Below, in pieces: positions 38,491-48,518 of a stretch of 64,000 nt of DNA. Origin of the DNA: Oscillospiraceae bacterium (lineage in GTDB: Bacteria; Bacillota; Clostridia; Oscillospirales; Acutalibacteraceae); assembly GCA_015066385.1 (NCBI GenBank), contig SVOJ01000007.1, positions 17,448-81,447 of the forward strand, given 5' to 3'. A program made the position numbers and the translations under genes. Positions within the stretch are counted from its first letter, which is position 1. Each line of letters begins with the position of its first letter. The notes under the pieces are model-generated. The model made no database searches. It worked only from the letters and a program-made list of their open reading frames with translations, and was not told where the DNA came from.

Positions 38491-38509
38491 CCCCGATAAA
38501 CCGTAATTT
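38491..38509. repeat. Solo copy of the foldback-element terminus (CCCCGATAAACCGTAATTT)
   Basis: Its reverse complement AAATTACGGTTTATCGGGG is identical to part of the left terminus at 57923-57941. It abuts the apbE stop codon. Confidence 0.55.
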
Positions 38510-39574
38510 TTATCTGCTTGTGTTGGCTATGGCATCTTCTAAATCACCGAGTGTCCATGTGTCATCCGTGACGGTAATTTTATCGGCAAGCGAATCGCTG
38601 ACCAGGATGGTACCGTCCTTGCACAGAAATACCGCGCCCACACGGTAGTCACGCAAAACCTGCAGACTTTGCTGTGTGAGTCCGTGTATATACAGCACCG
38701 TGGACAGTGCATCGCTGACCAAACCACCCTCTGCTACGACCGTAACACCGAGCAGATCGTTTTCTACGGGCATTCCCGTGGTTTTGTCAAGGATATGATG
38801 ATAGGTTTTGCCGTCTTTTTCAACGGTTTTTTCGTAATTGCCCGAGGTGGAAACAACGAGTTTGCCGCCGTTTCCCTGTGTGCGCAGGGCAAGAGTGGCG
38901 CAGTAATCATCGGCAGTGCCGTGCGGGTCGCGGACACCAACCGTCCAGTGGTCTTCATCGGGATGGTTGCCGTACAACAGAATCGTACCGCCGACGGAAA
39001 GAACGGCAGGCGAGAACTCTCTCTGCAAGGCAGGCAGTGCGCTTGTGCAGGCAATGCCTTTGCCGAATGCGCCCAGGTCAAGTTTTTGCCCCTCTTTTTT
39101 GTTGACGGTCAGGCGTTCTTCGGTCAGTAATAAATCCTGCTGATTCACCGTCTGCAATGCGTCGGCAAGGGAATTTGCATCGGGTAAAGTCGGATTTTCG
39201 CTGTCAAATCCCCACAATTCACTGACCGCACCGATGGTGATATCAAGCACATTGCCCGTGGTGTTGCACACCGAAAGGCAATCACCGATGAGATTGAATG
39301 TGTCGCGGCTGACGACCTGTCCTTTTTCGGATTCGTTGATTTTATAAACATCTGAATCGGCGATGTTTGCCGAAATCAGATTGTCGGTTTCGTTTATGTA
39401 AGTAAGAACATCCTGTGCAATCTGCTGTGCCTGTTGCGAGCCGTAAATGCGGATCGTAACGACACTGCCCATGGCAAAGCCGATTTTTTCATAATATTCG
39501 GTTTTGGTTTTGCAAGCACCGAGCGAAAGCAAAAGAAGCACCGCTGTCAGCAGGGCAACGAATTTTTTGCGCAT
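38510..39574 (-). CDS. apbE: FAD:protein FMN transferase (ApbE family) lipoprotein
   Basis: Signal peptide with the lipobox LSLGAC. ApbE-type core (FAMGSVVTIRIYG ..., GAFGKGIA). It lies just upstream of the rnf genes, whose D and G subunits need flavinylation. Confidence 0.85.
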   Translation of the reverse strand: MRKKFVALLTAVLLLLSLGACKTKTEYYEKIGFAMGSVVTIRIYGSQQAQQIAQDVLTYINETDNLISANIADSDVYKINESEKGQVVSRDTFNLIGDCLSVCNTTGNVLDITIGAVSELWGFDSENPTLPDANSLADALQTVNQQDLLLTEERLTVNKKEGQKLDLGAFGKGIACTSALPALQREFSPAVLSVGGTILLYGNHPDEDHWTVGVRDPHGTADDYCATLALRTQGNGGKLVVSTSGNYEKTVEKDGKTYHHILDKTTGMPVENDLLGVTVVAEGGLVSDALSTVLYIHGLTQQSLQVLRDYRVGAVFLCKDGTILVSDSLADKITVTDDTWTLGDLEDAIANTSR

Positions 39575-39586
39575 GAGGTCACCAAC

Positions 39587-41032
39587 TTATTTTAAAATTT
39601 TACTACACACTTCGTCATAAATTTCCGCTTTGAACCAACCTGTTTTCTGTGTGCTGACATTTTTTGCAGACAGAATGCTGAAGCCGATTCTGCCGAATTT
39701 GCCTTTCTGCATAAAAACATTGGTATGCAGTCTGCATTCCTGTATATCGGGGTATAAAAATCTGCCTGTTTTTTTGTTTAAAATTCCGCTTGAACAACTC
39801 AATACGTTTTCTTCGAGGCTTATCGTGCGTGTTTTCTGTGAAAGTACACCCGAAACCATGCCGAAAACAAAAACGGCAACAGGCAGAATATAGCCGTACG
39901 GCGGAAACGCAAAGGTCATCATTGCCGCGACTGCCGTTGCGAGGGCTGTCAGCAGAAATGCGGGGATAAGTGCTGCTTTTTCCGACACAAGCGGGTTTTT
40001 TGTGCTTGTGTAAGCGGGCAGCAGTTCTTCAATCAACCGTTCTGCACGATCTTTTTTGACAAGCAGGCACAGACGGGGCGATTCGTTTTTTTCATTGCCC
40101 AGTCCCACCACCGCCAGTTCCACACTGCAAAAACCGAACAACCTTGCAAGCAGGCTTTGTTTAAGAAACACGGCTTTGACTCTTGTTTTTTCAAACGCAT
40201 AATTCTGCGTACGCAGTTTGCCGTGGGAAATGTAAATCCGTTTTCCGTCGGTTTCAAGGCGAAAATCCGCAAGATTGAGCACACCGAACACCAATGACCC
40301 CGCATACATCACAGCCGAAACGGCGAGTGCTGTCAGTGCATCTTTCAGAGCTGCCGTTTCAACGATGAACATCGGCAAAAACACGGCGAGGACTGTCAGA
40401 ATCTGCACAAATGGTATACTCAGCAGTTGGTGACGGAATGCATCGGCAGTCGAAAATGCGGCAAGAATCATACGGGGCAGATTTTCCTGTTTTTCTTGCC
40501 TGTTCTGCAGGCTGAGCAATGCATCCTTGAACTGTTGTGCCGTTTCTTTTTTCAGAATAAAAACAAAATCGGATTTGTCGGCGGTGGCGGCGGAGTTAAT
40601 GTCGATTTTTACCTTTGCCGTGCCGACCATCTTTTCAAAAAGATTCTGCGAAATGTTGACGGTGGTAATGCTGTTGACGGGCAGTTTTGAAGTTTTTTTC
40701 AACAGTGTTTTACGCTCTGAAAACAGCAGTTCGTCTTCAATGTGAAAAAAAGTACGGTTCCATCGCAGAACACTCACGCAGATGACAACAAACAGAAAAA
40801 GAAGAACACCCGCGGACGATAAAAGCACCGAAAAATTGCCGCTCAATAATTGTGAAAACACCATTTTCCAGTAGTGCAGTGTCACAAGTTCTGCCATGTT
40901 CTGCGTGTTTGCGGTCAGAATATTGCCTGCGAGGAGAGCGAGGAATAAAAAATATGCACCGATTTTTTCGAGTATATATGTCGGGTGATTGCGAAGCGGT
41001 TTGTCAAACATGGTCTTCACCCTTTTGTTCAC
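39587..41032 (-). CDS. YdbT-like membrane protein with bacterial PH (bPH_2) domains
   Basis: 481 aa with alternating TM pairs and PH-like segments. It is paired with an upstream YdbS-like gene (29-nt overlap). Confidence 0.65.
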   Translation of the reverse strand: MNKRVKTMFDKPLRNHPTYILEKIGAYFLFLALLAGNILTANTQNMAELVTLHYWKMVFSQLLSGNFSVLLSSAGVLLFLFVVICVSVLRWNRTFFHIEDELLFSERKTLLKKTSKLPVNSITTVNISQNLFEKMVGTAKVKIDINSAATADKSDFVFILKKETAQQFKDALLSLQNRQEKQENLPRMILAAFSTADAFRHQLLSIPFVQILTVLAVFLPMFIVETAALKDALTALAVSAVMYAGSLVFGVLNLADFRLETDGKRIYISHGKLRTQNYAFEKTRVKAVFLKQSLLARLFGFCSVELAVVGLGNEKNESPRLCLLVKKDRAERLIEELLPAYTSTKNPLVSEKAALIPAFLLTALATAVAAMMTFAFPPYGYILPVAVFVFGMVSGVLSQKTRTISLEENVLSCSSGILNKKTGRFLYPDIQECRLHTNVFMQKGKFGRIGFSILSAKNVSTQKTGWFKAEIYDEVCSKILK

Positions 41033-41501
41033 GCAGTTTGTGCGTGATAACGCGGTTGAGCAATTCGCAGATTTCTTCTGCTTTTTCGAGTTCCAAAAAC
41101 CGCATGGTCGCTTTTGCGCCTGCTGTGGTCACGGTCACCTTGGCAATGCCGAAACGGTTGTCGATCGGCCCTCTTGTGATGTCGATCTGATGAATGCGGT
41201 CAATGGGTACGATTGTGCGGCGGATATAAAAAATTCCTTCCACGATTTCGATTCTGTCATCCGCAATGCAGTATTTATAACGGCGAAAACGCACGATCGG
41301 GGTGACAATTGCCCACAAAAGGGCAAACAGAACCGTCACCGCCGTGCCGAGCAGACGGATCGGGTTTATATTTCCCATGCCGTAGAGCGGAATGCTCCAT
41401 ATTGCGGCACAGCAAATACCTGTAAAAACAAGTGACTGTATGGCGGCGGTGATAAACAGAACGGGTTTTGCTTTTTGTGAAAGAGATGTATATTGCATCA
41501 A
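41004..41501 (-). CDS. YdbS-like bPH_2 domain membrane protein
   Basis: 165 aa with two TM helices, then RFRRYKYCIADDRIEIVEGIFYIRRTIVPIDRIHQIDITRGPIDNRFGIAKVTV. Confidence 0.7.
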   Translation of the reverse strand: MMQYTSLSQKAKPVLFITAAIQSLVFTGICCAAIWSIPLYGMGNINPIRLLGTAVTVLFALLWAIVTPIVRFRRYKYCIADDRIEIVEGIFYIRRTIVPIDRIHQIDITRGPIDNRFGIAKVTVTTAGAKATMRFLELEKAEEICELLNRVITHKLREQKGEDHV

Positions 41502-42952
41502 TTGTTATTTCCTTTGAAAAAGTTTACAATCATTTCCTTGTTGACCGTGCCCGTAAAAAAGGATGCGGTGCCGAACAGACGGCTGACGGGGTTCGGATCC
41601 CAATCTTGCGGTGCGGCGGCTTTGATGCAGATTTCTTCCAGCAGGGGCAACAGGGCGGTGATTCGTTTTTTGAAATCTTTGTAATTCTTATTTTCTGCTT
41701 TTGACCAGCCTGTTTCGCTGACCGCCGCAAAACGCGGCCATGTCATATAGCAAAGACGGTCAAAATCACGCACATGTTCGGTCCAGATGGGGGCTTCCAC
41801 ACCAATGGTGTTTTCTTTTTTGCGTTGTCCCGCAATCACGGGATCGGCATTGTAGGTTTTGGACACGGGTGTCATGGTATAGGGATAGTCTGTATAGTAG
41901 TGGTAGTAATCCGAATAAATCAGTTTGCCGCCGTTGTTTGCGAACGAGGGGCATTTTTTCTTTTTGTCCATCCAGTTCTGGATGATAAGCCCTTCGGGCA
42001 AAATGTCGCTTGCAAGGGTTTCGTTCCAGCAAATTACCTTGCGCCCTTTTGTTGCAAGATATTCCGCAATGCGGGTTGTCATGTATCCCTGCAGTTGTTC
42101 TTCGTCCGTAAAACCGAGTTCCGCTTTGCGTTTCTGGCAATGCGGGCAGGTTTTCCAATATTTTTTCGGGGCTTCGTCACCGCCGATGTGAATGTATTCA
42201 TCGGGGAACACTTCGCACACTTCGTCAAAGAGTTTAAAGAGAAAATCAAAGACTTCCTCTTTGCCTGCACACAGAATGTCGGGGAAAATGCCGGCCGTGG
42301 TTTTGATTGCAACGCTCTCTCTCTTGCAGGAAAGTTCGGGCTTTGCATGCAAAACGGCACTCATGTGGCCGGGCAGGTCAAATTCGGGGATCACGGTCAT
42401 AAACCGCTCGTGGCAGAAATTGATGATCTCTTTTATCTGTGCCTTGGTGTAATATCCGCCGTAGGGGGTGCTGTCGTGTACCTTGCCGAAGTCCGAAGAC
42501 GGACGCACGGAAGATTCTTTTGTAAGTTCCGGAAAAACTTCGCTTTCAAAGCGGAAGCCCTGATCGTCACTTAAATGCCAGTGAAAAACATTGAATTTGA
42601 ACAAAGCCGCCGCTTCAATGAATTTTTTGATTTCTTCAATGCTCTGCATGTGGCGCACCGAGTCCAGCATGACACCTCTGTGTTGATAGCGGGGGGCATC
42701 CGAAATAGAGAAACAGGGGATTTGGTCACCGTAAACGGCTTTCAGTTGCCGCAAGGACTGCTGTGCATAGAAAAATCCTCTTTCATCCGCCGCCGCAATC
42801 ACCGTTTTGTCCGCATATAAAAACATATCGTAACTGCCTGAAGTATCAAATTTTTTGTCGATTTGTTTTTCAATGTTTTCAATATTTGCATATTTGTCAG
42901 GCGTGTTGATGCTGCAACGAATGGGCTTGGGTACAATGTTTACGAAATCCAT
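41498..42952 (-). CDS. Beta-N-acetylhexosaminidase, GH20
   Basis: HRGVMLDSVRH, FHWHLSDDQGFR and HIGGDE catalytic motifs. I preferred the start at 42952 (AAGGGA upstream) over 42985. Confidence 0.85.
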   Translation of the reverse strand: MDFVNIVPKPIRCSINTPDKYANIENIEKQIDKKFDTSGSYDMFLYADKTVIAAADERGFFYAQQSLRQLKAVYGDQIPCFSISDAPRYQHRGVMLDSVRHMQSIEEIKKFIEAAALFKFNVFHWHLSDDQGFRFESEVFPELTKESSVRPSSDFGKVHDSTPYGGYYTKAQIKEIINFCHERFMTVIPEFDLPGHMSAVLHAKPELSCKRESVAIKTTAGIFPDILCAGKEEVFDFLFKLFDEVCEVFPDEYIHIGGDEAPKKYWKTCPHCQKRKAELGFTDEEQLQGYMTTRIAEYLATKGRKVICWNETLASDILPEGLIIQNWMDKKKKCPSFANNGGKLIYSDYYHYYTDYPYTMTPVSKTYNADPVIAGQRKKENTIGVEAPIWTEHVRDFDRLCYMTWPRFAAVSETGWSKAENKNYKDFKKRITALLPLLEEICIKAAAPQDWDPNPVSRLFGTASFFTGTVNKEMIVNFFKGNNN

Positions 42953-43112
42953 GTTCTCATCCCTTTTTATTTTTTTTGCCTGCATTTTTTTGTTAAATTA
43001 TTCACAAATTTCAGGCACTTTTACCATAAACTAATTTATTATATCACTTTATTTTTATTTAGTAAAGAGATACAGAAAAATATTTTATAAAAGGTGACAG
43101 AGAAGTCGCAAT

Positions 43113-43988
43113 TTACTTTTCTTCCAAAGCCGTTCGGATTGCGTTCAGTACCCGTTTTTTGTCGGCACTCCAAAGTGGGGCAATGAGTTGTCTTTTGTCG
43201 CCGTCCCCCGTGATTCTGTGCACGCTGACTTCGGGCGGAATCAAGGGAAGCAATACCGTCAGCAGGTGAATGTATTGCTCCATGGTAAACACTTCAAACT
43301 GCCCCGCAAGAAAATCCGTTGCAAGGTCGGTGTCTTTTAATATATGCAGAAGTTGCAGTTTTACCGCATCCGTGCCCGCTTGTAAAGCAAAAAGCAGGCT
43401 GTTTTTCATGTCTTCTTCCGTTTCGTGCGGAAGACCTAAAATCAGGTGTGTTACGCAGTAAATCCCTCGTTTTTTTAAGTTTTGCACCGCTTGCAGATAT
43501 ACTTCGTTTTCATACCCTCTGCGGATGTATGTTACGGATTCTTCTTTGCTTGTTTGTAAGCCTAATTCCACCCAAACGGGCTTGGATTTATTGAGTTCTT
43601 CCAGCAAATCGAGTACATCATCACCAAGACAATCGGGACGGGTTGCAATGTCAAGCACTTCCACCCCCGGAAATCTGACGGCACACAAAAAACGCTCCCG
43701 CAGAACTTCTACCGGAGCGTATGTGTTTGTGAATGCCTGAAAATAGGCAATATATCCCTGTGGTTTTTTTGAAACAATGCGGGCAATTGCATTTTCGAGC
43801 TGCTGTGTAATGTCTGTGCCTTTTTCGGCAAAAGCCCCCGATCCGTCCGCAGAACAGAAAATACAGCCCCTTGTGCCGCATGTTCCGTCGCGGTTGGGAC
43901 AGGTAAAACCGCCGTCTACGGAAAGCTTGTAAAGCTTTTTGCCGAATCGGGATAAGCAATAATCGTTTAAAGAAGTGTAAGAGATCAT
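43113..43988 (-). CDS. TIGR01212-family radical SAM protein
   Basis: The start MISYTSLNDYCLSRFGKKLYKLSVDGGFTCPNRDGTCGTRGCIFCS overlaps the traX-like stop (ATGA). The longer ORF in the track (to 44354) is a read-through artefact. Confidence 0.8.
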   Translation of the reverse strand: MISYTSLNDYCLSRFGKKLYKLSVDGGFTCPNRDGTCGTRGCIFCSADGSGAFAEKGTDITQQLENAIARIVSKKPQGYIAYFQAFTNTYAPVEVLRERFLCAVRFPGVEVLDIATRPDCLGDDVLDLLEELNKSKPVWVELGLQTSKEESVTYIRRGYENEVYLQAVQNLKKRGIYCVTHLILGLPHETEEDMKNSLLFALQAGTDAVKLQLLHILKDTDLATDFLAGQFEVFTMEQYIHLLTVLLPLIPPEVSVHRITGDGDKRQLIAPLWSADKKRVLNAIRTALEEK

Positions 43989-44749
43989 GATAACAAAGAA
44001 GCCGTCAACCCTAAAATCAGCAGATGGGCAGGGTAGTAGGCATAGAAAAAGTATTTGTTGATGCGTAGATTTCCGCGTTCGCCGTTGTATTGCAAAATCA
44101 GGAACAATGCGGGCAGACTGCCGAAAAACTGCATGCAGGAATTTTCGATGTAAGCAAAAGCAAAATCGTTCTGCACGATCTGCCACGGTCTTGCAATCAG
44201 AAGCAGGCCGAACACAAGTACGGAAATTCGTACGGCATTTTTCTGTTCCCGTGTTACCGCACACAGCCATATAAACAGTACACCGTACCACGAATAATCC
44301 GTCGAGAGAAAATACGCACTCAGGCACAGCAGAGCCGCAACGGGCACTGACCACAGAATGTGCTTTCCGTTTTCTTGCAGAATACGCACAACGTAGCAGG
44401 CGGCAAGCCCCAAAAACAGCGTGAAATACACATTCTGTGCACTGCTGTCACGCCATGTGCCATTGCCTGCAATGTTGTAAGGAATTTCGGAAACAACGGC
44501 AAAAACAGCCAGCAGACCGAAATATTTTTTTATGTTTTTTGTGTAGCGACACCCCTCGGCGATCATGAACGCATACAGCGGGAACGCGATTCTGCCGATT
44601 GTGCGAAGCAGCAGATAAAGCAATCCGAAAGCGGAGGATGCGGTCATCATCGGGATGTAAAATACATGACCGATGTGGTCAATGGTCATGCAAACAAGGG
44701 CAATTATTTTTAATGTTGCCGATGTAACGGCCTTTTTTTCAGTCGGCAT
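43985..44749 (-). CDS. TraX family membrane acyltransferase-like protein
   Basis: LKIIALVCMTIDHIGHVF and a polytopic profile typical of TraX. Confidence 0.7.
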   Translation of the reverse strand: MPTEKKAVTSATLKIIALVCMTIDHIGHVFYIPMMTASSAFGLLYLLLRTIGRIAFPLYAFMIAEGCRYTKNIKKYFGLLAVFAVVSEIPYNIAGNGTWRDSSAQNVYFTLFLGLAACYVVRILQENGKHILWSVPVAALLCLSAYFLSTDYSWYGVLFIWLCAVTREQKNAVRISVLVFGLLLIARPWQIVQNDFAFAYIENSCMQFFGSLPALFLILQYNGERGNLRINKYFFYAYYPAHLLILGLTASLLS

Positions 44750-46173
44750 TATGCGTTTTCCTGTTCTGCTTTTTCAAGTCTTGCCTGCTTGGCGGCGGTC
44801 ACCTTGGCGGTGATGTCTTCCATGTATTTGCCGTGCAGTCTGAACTTGATGGAAAATACGATCAGCGATGCAATCATGAACATAAAGGGAAGAACCAGCA
44901 TCATCACGCTGAATGCGGACTTGACCGCAGGGCTGTTTGCACCGTGCAGGTCGCCGTTATAGCCCGTAATGCTCATGCCGAGATACATGATAAGGGTCTG
45001 AATGGTATAAGCCATTTTCTGCAAAAAGCCTTTCATGGAGAAGGTGACGGATTCCGCACGGAAGCCCATCTTGACTTCGCCGTAGTCCACAATGTCGGCA
45101 AGGAAAACGGTCTGCGAAACGAACATGGCGGCAGTGCCTACCTGTGCGATCAGATTGAAAATATACATGACCATCAACTGACTTGCAAAGAGTTTGTAGG
45201 CGGCAAACATGCCCGCAAAGCCTGCGGCGGCAAGACCGAGCGAGAACTGATAGGTTCGTCTGCGGCTTGTGAATTTCATACCGATGGGAATAACGGCAAG
45301 ACCGAGAATCGAGCCGACCGCGCCGAGGGTGTTGAACAGACTCTGTTTTCCTGCATCGCCCACAACAACGTCGAAGAAGTATACCCCCACACCCGAAATC
45401 ATATAGTGTGCCGTATTGGAAAGCATGGCGAACAGCATAAAAATAAGAAGCTGGTCGTTGCCTTTTGCGATCTGAATGACTTTGCCGAAGGTGAATTTTT
45501 CTTCCTGTTTGATGACAACATTTTCTTTGGTTTTGAGCATTGCCATACAGGCGAAGAACACAAGACCCACCGAGCAGATGACGGAAATAATCGAAAAACT
45601 TCTTTCATCCCACACGGGTGTGCCGTCCGCGGAAAGCGTGGTGCTGAGCACCTTCATCAGCATCGGTGCACCGATGGAAACAAGCCCCTGACCGAGTCCC
45701 GAAAATGTGCGGGCAATGGTGGCGATCATGGAACGCTCCTTGGGGTCGCTTGTGAACGAAGGTACCATCGACCAGTAAGGAATATCCGCAAGGGTGTTGG
45801 ACATACCCCAGCCGACATACAGAATCGAAATATACACATAGATCCATGCGGAATCGGTGGGAATACCGGGGTTGTTGAACAGAAATGCAAGCACAATTGC
45901 ATTCAGCAGGGAGCCGCGCAGCACCCACGGGCGGTATTTGCCCATTTTGGTGTTTGTGTTGTCAACAATGGTACCCATCATCGGGTCGTTGATGCCGTCC
46001 CATATACGGGCAATGGGAGTCAGGATGGTTAAAAAGTTGGATTTGAGTTTCAGCACGTCCGTCAGGTATTTGTTCAGAAAACTGTAGAACATGCCGTAGC
46101 TTAAATCAAGACCGATCGCACCCGAGCCGTACCACAGCTTCGAGCCGAAAGAGAGTTTGTCGTTCGCTTTCAT
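44749..46173 (-). CDS. GPH family glycoside/pentoside/hexuronide:cation symporter
   Basis: I chose the start at MKANDKLSFGSKLWYGSG. Canonical motifs are present: WDGINDPMMGTIVDNTNTKMGKYRPW and DYGEVKMGFRAE. Confidence 0.85.
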   Translation of the reverse strand: MKANDKLSFGSKLWYGSGAIGLDLSYGMFYSFLNKYLTDVLKLKSNFLTILTPIARIWDGINDPMMGTIVDNTNTKMGKYRPWVLRGSLLNAIVLAFLFNNPGIPTDSAWIYVYISILYVGWGMSNTLADIPYWSMVPSFTSDPKERSMIATIARTFSGLGQGLVSIGAPMLMKVLSTTLSADGTPVWDERSFSIISVICSVGLVFFACMAMLKTKENVVIKQEEKFTFGKVIQIAKGNDQLLIFMLFAMLSNTAHYMISGVGVYFFDVVVGDAGKQSLFNTLGAVGSILGLAVIPIGMKFTSRRRTYQFSLGLAAAGFAGMFAAYKLFASQLMVMYIFNLIAQVGTAAMFVSQTVFLADIVDYGEVKMGFRAESVTFSMKGFLQKMAYTIQTLIMYLGMSITGYNGDLHGANSPAVKSAFSVMMLVLPFMFMIASLIVFSIKFRLHGKYMEDITAKVTAAKQARLEKAEQENA

Positions 46174-46252
46174 AAAAACCTCCCGTAAGGAAAAAATAAC
46201 ATTATAATCCATCTTACCCCATTATACCATATTTTTTATTATAATTCAAGAC

Positions 46253-46280
46253 TTGCGTTTGCATGATTTAATGTTATAAT
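46253..46280 (+). promoter_or_regulatory. Putative sigma-A promoter of helD
   Basis: TTGCGT, a 16-nt spacer, then TATAAT with an upstream TG. Confidence 0.4.
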
Positions 46281-46351
46281 GAAGAGTATAATGGCGCAGA
46301 CCGCCCGAAAAACAGGGATGAACATCTGCCGTTTTTTTACAGAGGTGCCGA

Positions 46352-48424
46352 ATGGACAAGCAGGAATTGAAGTATTTGCAGAATGTACAATCGTTTATTG
46401 ATGCACAGATGCAGTATCTGTCGCAACTGAAAACGGAACAACTTGCAGAAGCCCGTGCCGAGGGAGCCCAATTTTCGTTGGACAATCCTTACGGTGCGGT
46501 ATACGGTCATGCGTTCGACCTGCAGGAATCCATCGGCAAAAAAATGGACACTGTCAACCAGTGCATCTCCACCCGTTATATTCTTGAAAAAATGCGGTCT
46601 GCACCCTATTTCGGCAGGGTCGATTTTCAGGAGGACGGCTACGAAACGGAAGAAATCTATGTCGGTCTTCGTACGTTGATGGACTCCGATACGCTGTTTG
46701 TGCATGTTTATGACTGGCGTACCCCTGTCTGCTCGTTGTTTTACACGGGTGAAACGGGTCGGGCTTCTTATACCGCCCCGATGGGGCTTATTGAAGGCGA
46801 AATTCAGAAAATCCGTCAGTATCAGTTCAAGGACGGCGAACTTGCCGCTTGCTGGGATGCGGATCTTCGCATTGATGACACGGTGCTTCGCAATGTGCTT
46901 TCGGGGGCATCGAGCGACCGTCTGAAAGTCATTGTCTGTTCCATTCAGCGTGAGCAGAACCGCTGTATCCGTTTTGATACCAAAAAGAGCCTTGCCGTGT
47001 TCGGTCCCGCGGGGTGCGGAAAAACCTCCATCGGCATGCACCGCCTTGCATGGCTGTTGTATGAACTGCGGACAAGCCTGATTTCCAAAGATATTCTTCT
47101 GTTTACGAATAATGTGGCATTTCTGCACTATGTTTCGGGCGTGCTTCCCGACCTCGGCGAAGAAGAAGTGCGCTCTTGCCTGTTCTCGTCTTTGCTCGAA
47201 CAATATCTGCCCGAATACACCGTGACAGATTATTATGAATTGGCAGAAGCGGTGCTTGAAGGGAATGAATACCGAACAAAAACGGTCAATGCCGTTTATG
47301 ACCCCGATTTTCTTTCCTATGTGGATCGCTGTCTGGATCTGATGCACTGCCGCTTTTTTGATATCCGCGTGTTCGGCGAAGTTGCACTGTCTGCCGAAAC
47401 CATGAAAAAGAAATACGAGGCGTTTTCCGTCAATTTGTCCGTGCATGCAAGATTGCAACTGCTGCTGGAATGGGCAAGGGATGAAATTGATGATTATTTT
47501 CTTATCAATCGTCTTGACCTGACGAGCAAACTGCTTGAAAAGCACGAAAGCCATGAGCCTTTGCAGAAACTCATGGAAAATTTAAAAAACAGTGTGCTCG
47601 GCAACCTCGAAATGATGATCAACAGTGCCGTGGCACAGGATACCGTACCGCTTTACTACCGCTTTTTCCGTGCATGGTGCAAGGACAAAAAACTTGCGGA
47701 TGATCTTGCACACCGCATGGGCAACCGCCTTCTGAATTTTGAAGATGCCGTTATGGCATTGTATATTGCCGCGAAACTGGGTAACTGTGAACAGGAGGAT
47801 CCCCCTGCACACATTCTGCTTGATGAAGCACAGGATTATTCTGTTTTGCAGCACAAAATTCTGCGTTTGCTGTATCCCAAAGCCGTGTTCACTTTGCTTG
47901 CCGACACCAATCAGGCACTTGTGCCGCAACTCAACACCACAAGCGAAGCACAGCTTTGTGAAATTTACGGTGCATCTGTGATGAAACTCGGCAAAAGCTA
48001 CCGTGCCACCAAACAACTCAGTGAATTTTCAAAACAATTCCTGGACGGTGCGGATTATGATGTCTTTGACCGCGAAGGACAAGCACCTTTCGTGTATCAC
48101 ACCGACAATCTTGCCGGAACTGCCGCCGAAATTGCAAAAAATGTTCCCGCAGACTACAATTCCGTCTGCATTCTGACCGATACCGCGGCAACAGCGGCAA
48201 GATTCTATAAAGAAATAAAAAAATATCTGCCCGATTGCGAGCTGGTCAACACCGCTTATGCTCGCATGAGCAGTAAAGTCATTATTATGCCCGTCACATT
48301 GAGTAAAGGGCTTGAATTCGATGCAGTTATTATCCCGCATGCCGAAGATCTTGAGAAAAACAGACGTGTGGCTTATATGATGACCACCCGTGCGTTGCAC
48401 GAACTGCATCTGCTTTACGAATAA
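46352..48424 (+). CDS. helD: HelD-type UvrD-like helicase (RNA polymerase recycling factor)
   Basis: 690 aa. The N-terminal coiled region and PYFGRVDF ... YVGLRTL segment are typical of HelD. Walker A is GPAGCGKT, and the C-terminus is UvrD-like (KGLEFDAVII). Confidence 0.8.
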   Translation: MDKQELKYLQNVQSFIDAQMQYLSQLKTEQLAEARAEGAQFSLDNPYGAVYGHAFDLQESIGKKMDTVNQCISTRYILEKMRSAPYFGRVDFQEDGYETEEIYVGLRTLMDSDTLFVHVYDWRTPVCSLFYTGETGRASYTAPMGLIEGEIQKIRQYQFKDGELAACWDADLRIDDTVLRNVLSGASSDRLKVIVCSIQREQNRCIRFDTKKSLAVFGPAGCGKTSIGMHRLAWLLYELRTSLISKDILLFTNNVAFLHYVSGVLPDLGEEEVRSCLFSSLLEQYLPEYTVTDYYELAEAVLEGNEYRTKTVNAVYDPDFLSYVDRCLDLMHCRFFDIRVFGEVALSAETMKKKYEAFSVNLSVHARLQLLLEWARDEIDDYFLINRLDLTSKLLEKHESHEPLQKLMENLKNSVLGNLEMMINSAVAQDTVPLYYRFFRAWCKDKKLADDLAHRMGNRLLNFEDAVMALYIAAKLGNCEQEDPPAHILLDEAQDYSVLQHKILRLLYPKAVFTLLADTNQALVPQLNTTSEAQLCEIYGASVMKLGKSYRATKQLSEFSKQFLDGADYDVFDREGQAPFVYHTDNLAGTAAEIAKNVPADYNSVCILTDTAATAARFYKEIKKYLPDCELVNTAYARMSSKVIIMPVTLSKGLEFDAVIIPHAEDLEKNRRVAYMMTTRALHELHLLYE

Positions 48425-48486
48425 ACAATTCAAAACTGCATAAACTGTATTATCTTCCGAAAAGCGGTTTGCTTTGCGATTTTGTA

Positions 48487-48515
48487 TTGACAAGATTGAA
48501 TTTATATGCTACAAT
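48487..48515 (+). promoter_or_regulatory. Consensus sigma-A promoter of the type III TA locus
   Basis: TTGACA (48487-48492), a 17-nt spacer, then TACAAT (48510-48515). Confidence 0.7.
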
Positions 48516-48518
48516 TCA

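Noticed and set aside
43989-44354. N-terminal 122-codon extension of the radical SAM ORF given in the track
   Set aside because: The extension overlaps the TraX-like gene out of frame and has no family similarity. The conserved TIGR01212 N-terminus begins at the ATG at 43988, which forms an ATGA junction with the traX-like stop.
44833-46032. 399-aa ORF on the plus strand
   Set aside because: It is antisense to the canonical GPH symporter. The peptide is His/Gly/Arg-rich and looks like an artefact.
46296-46338. Leader attenuator in front of helD
   Set aside because: The hairpin (GCAGA/TCTGC plus CCC/GGG) followed by T7 is weak, with large internal loops. There is not enough evidence for a regulatory terminator.
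46337-47554. 405-aa ORF on the minus strand
   Set aside because: It is antisense to helD, whose plus-strand product has Walker A and HelD-specific N-terminal motifs.
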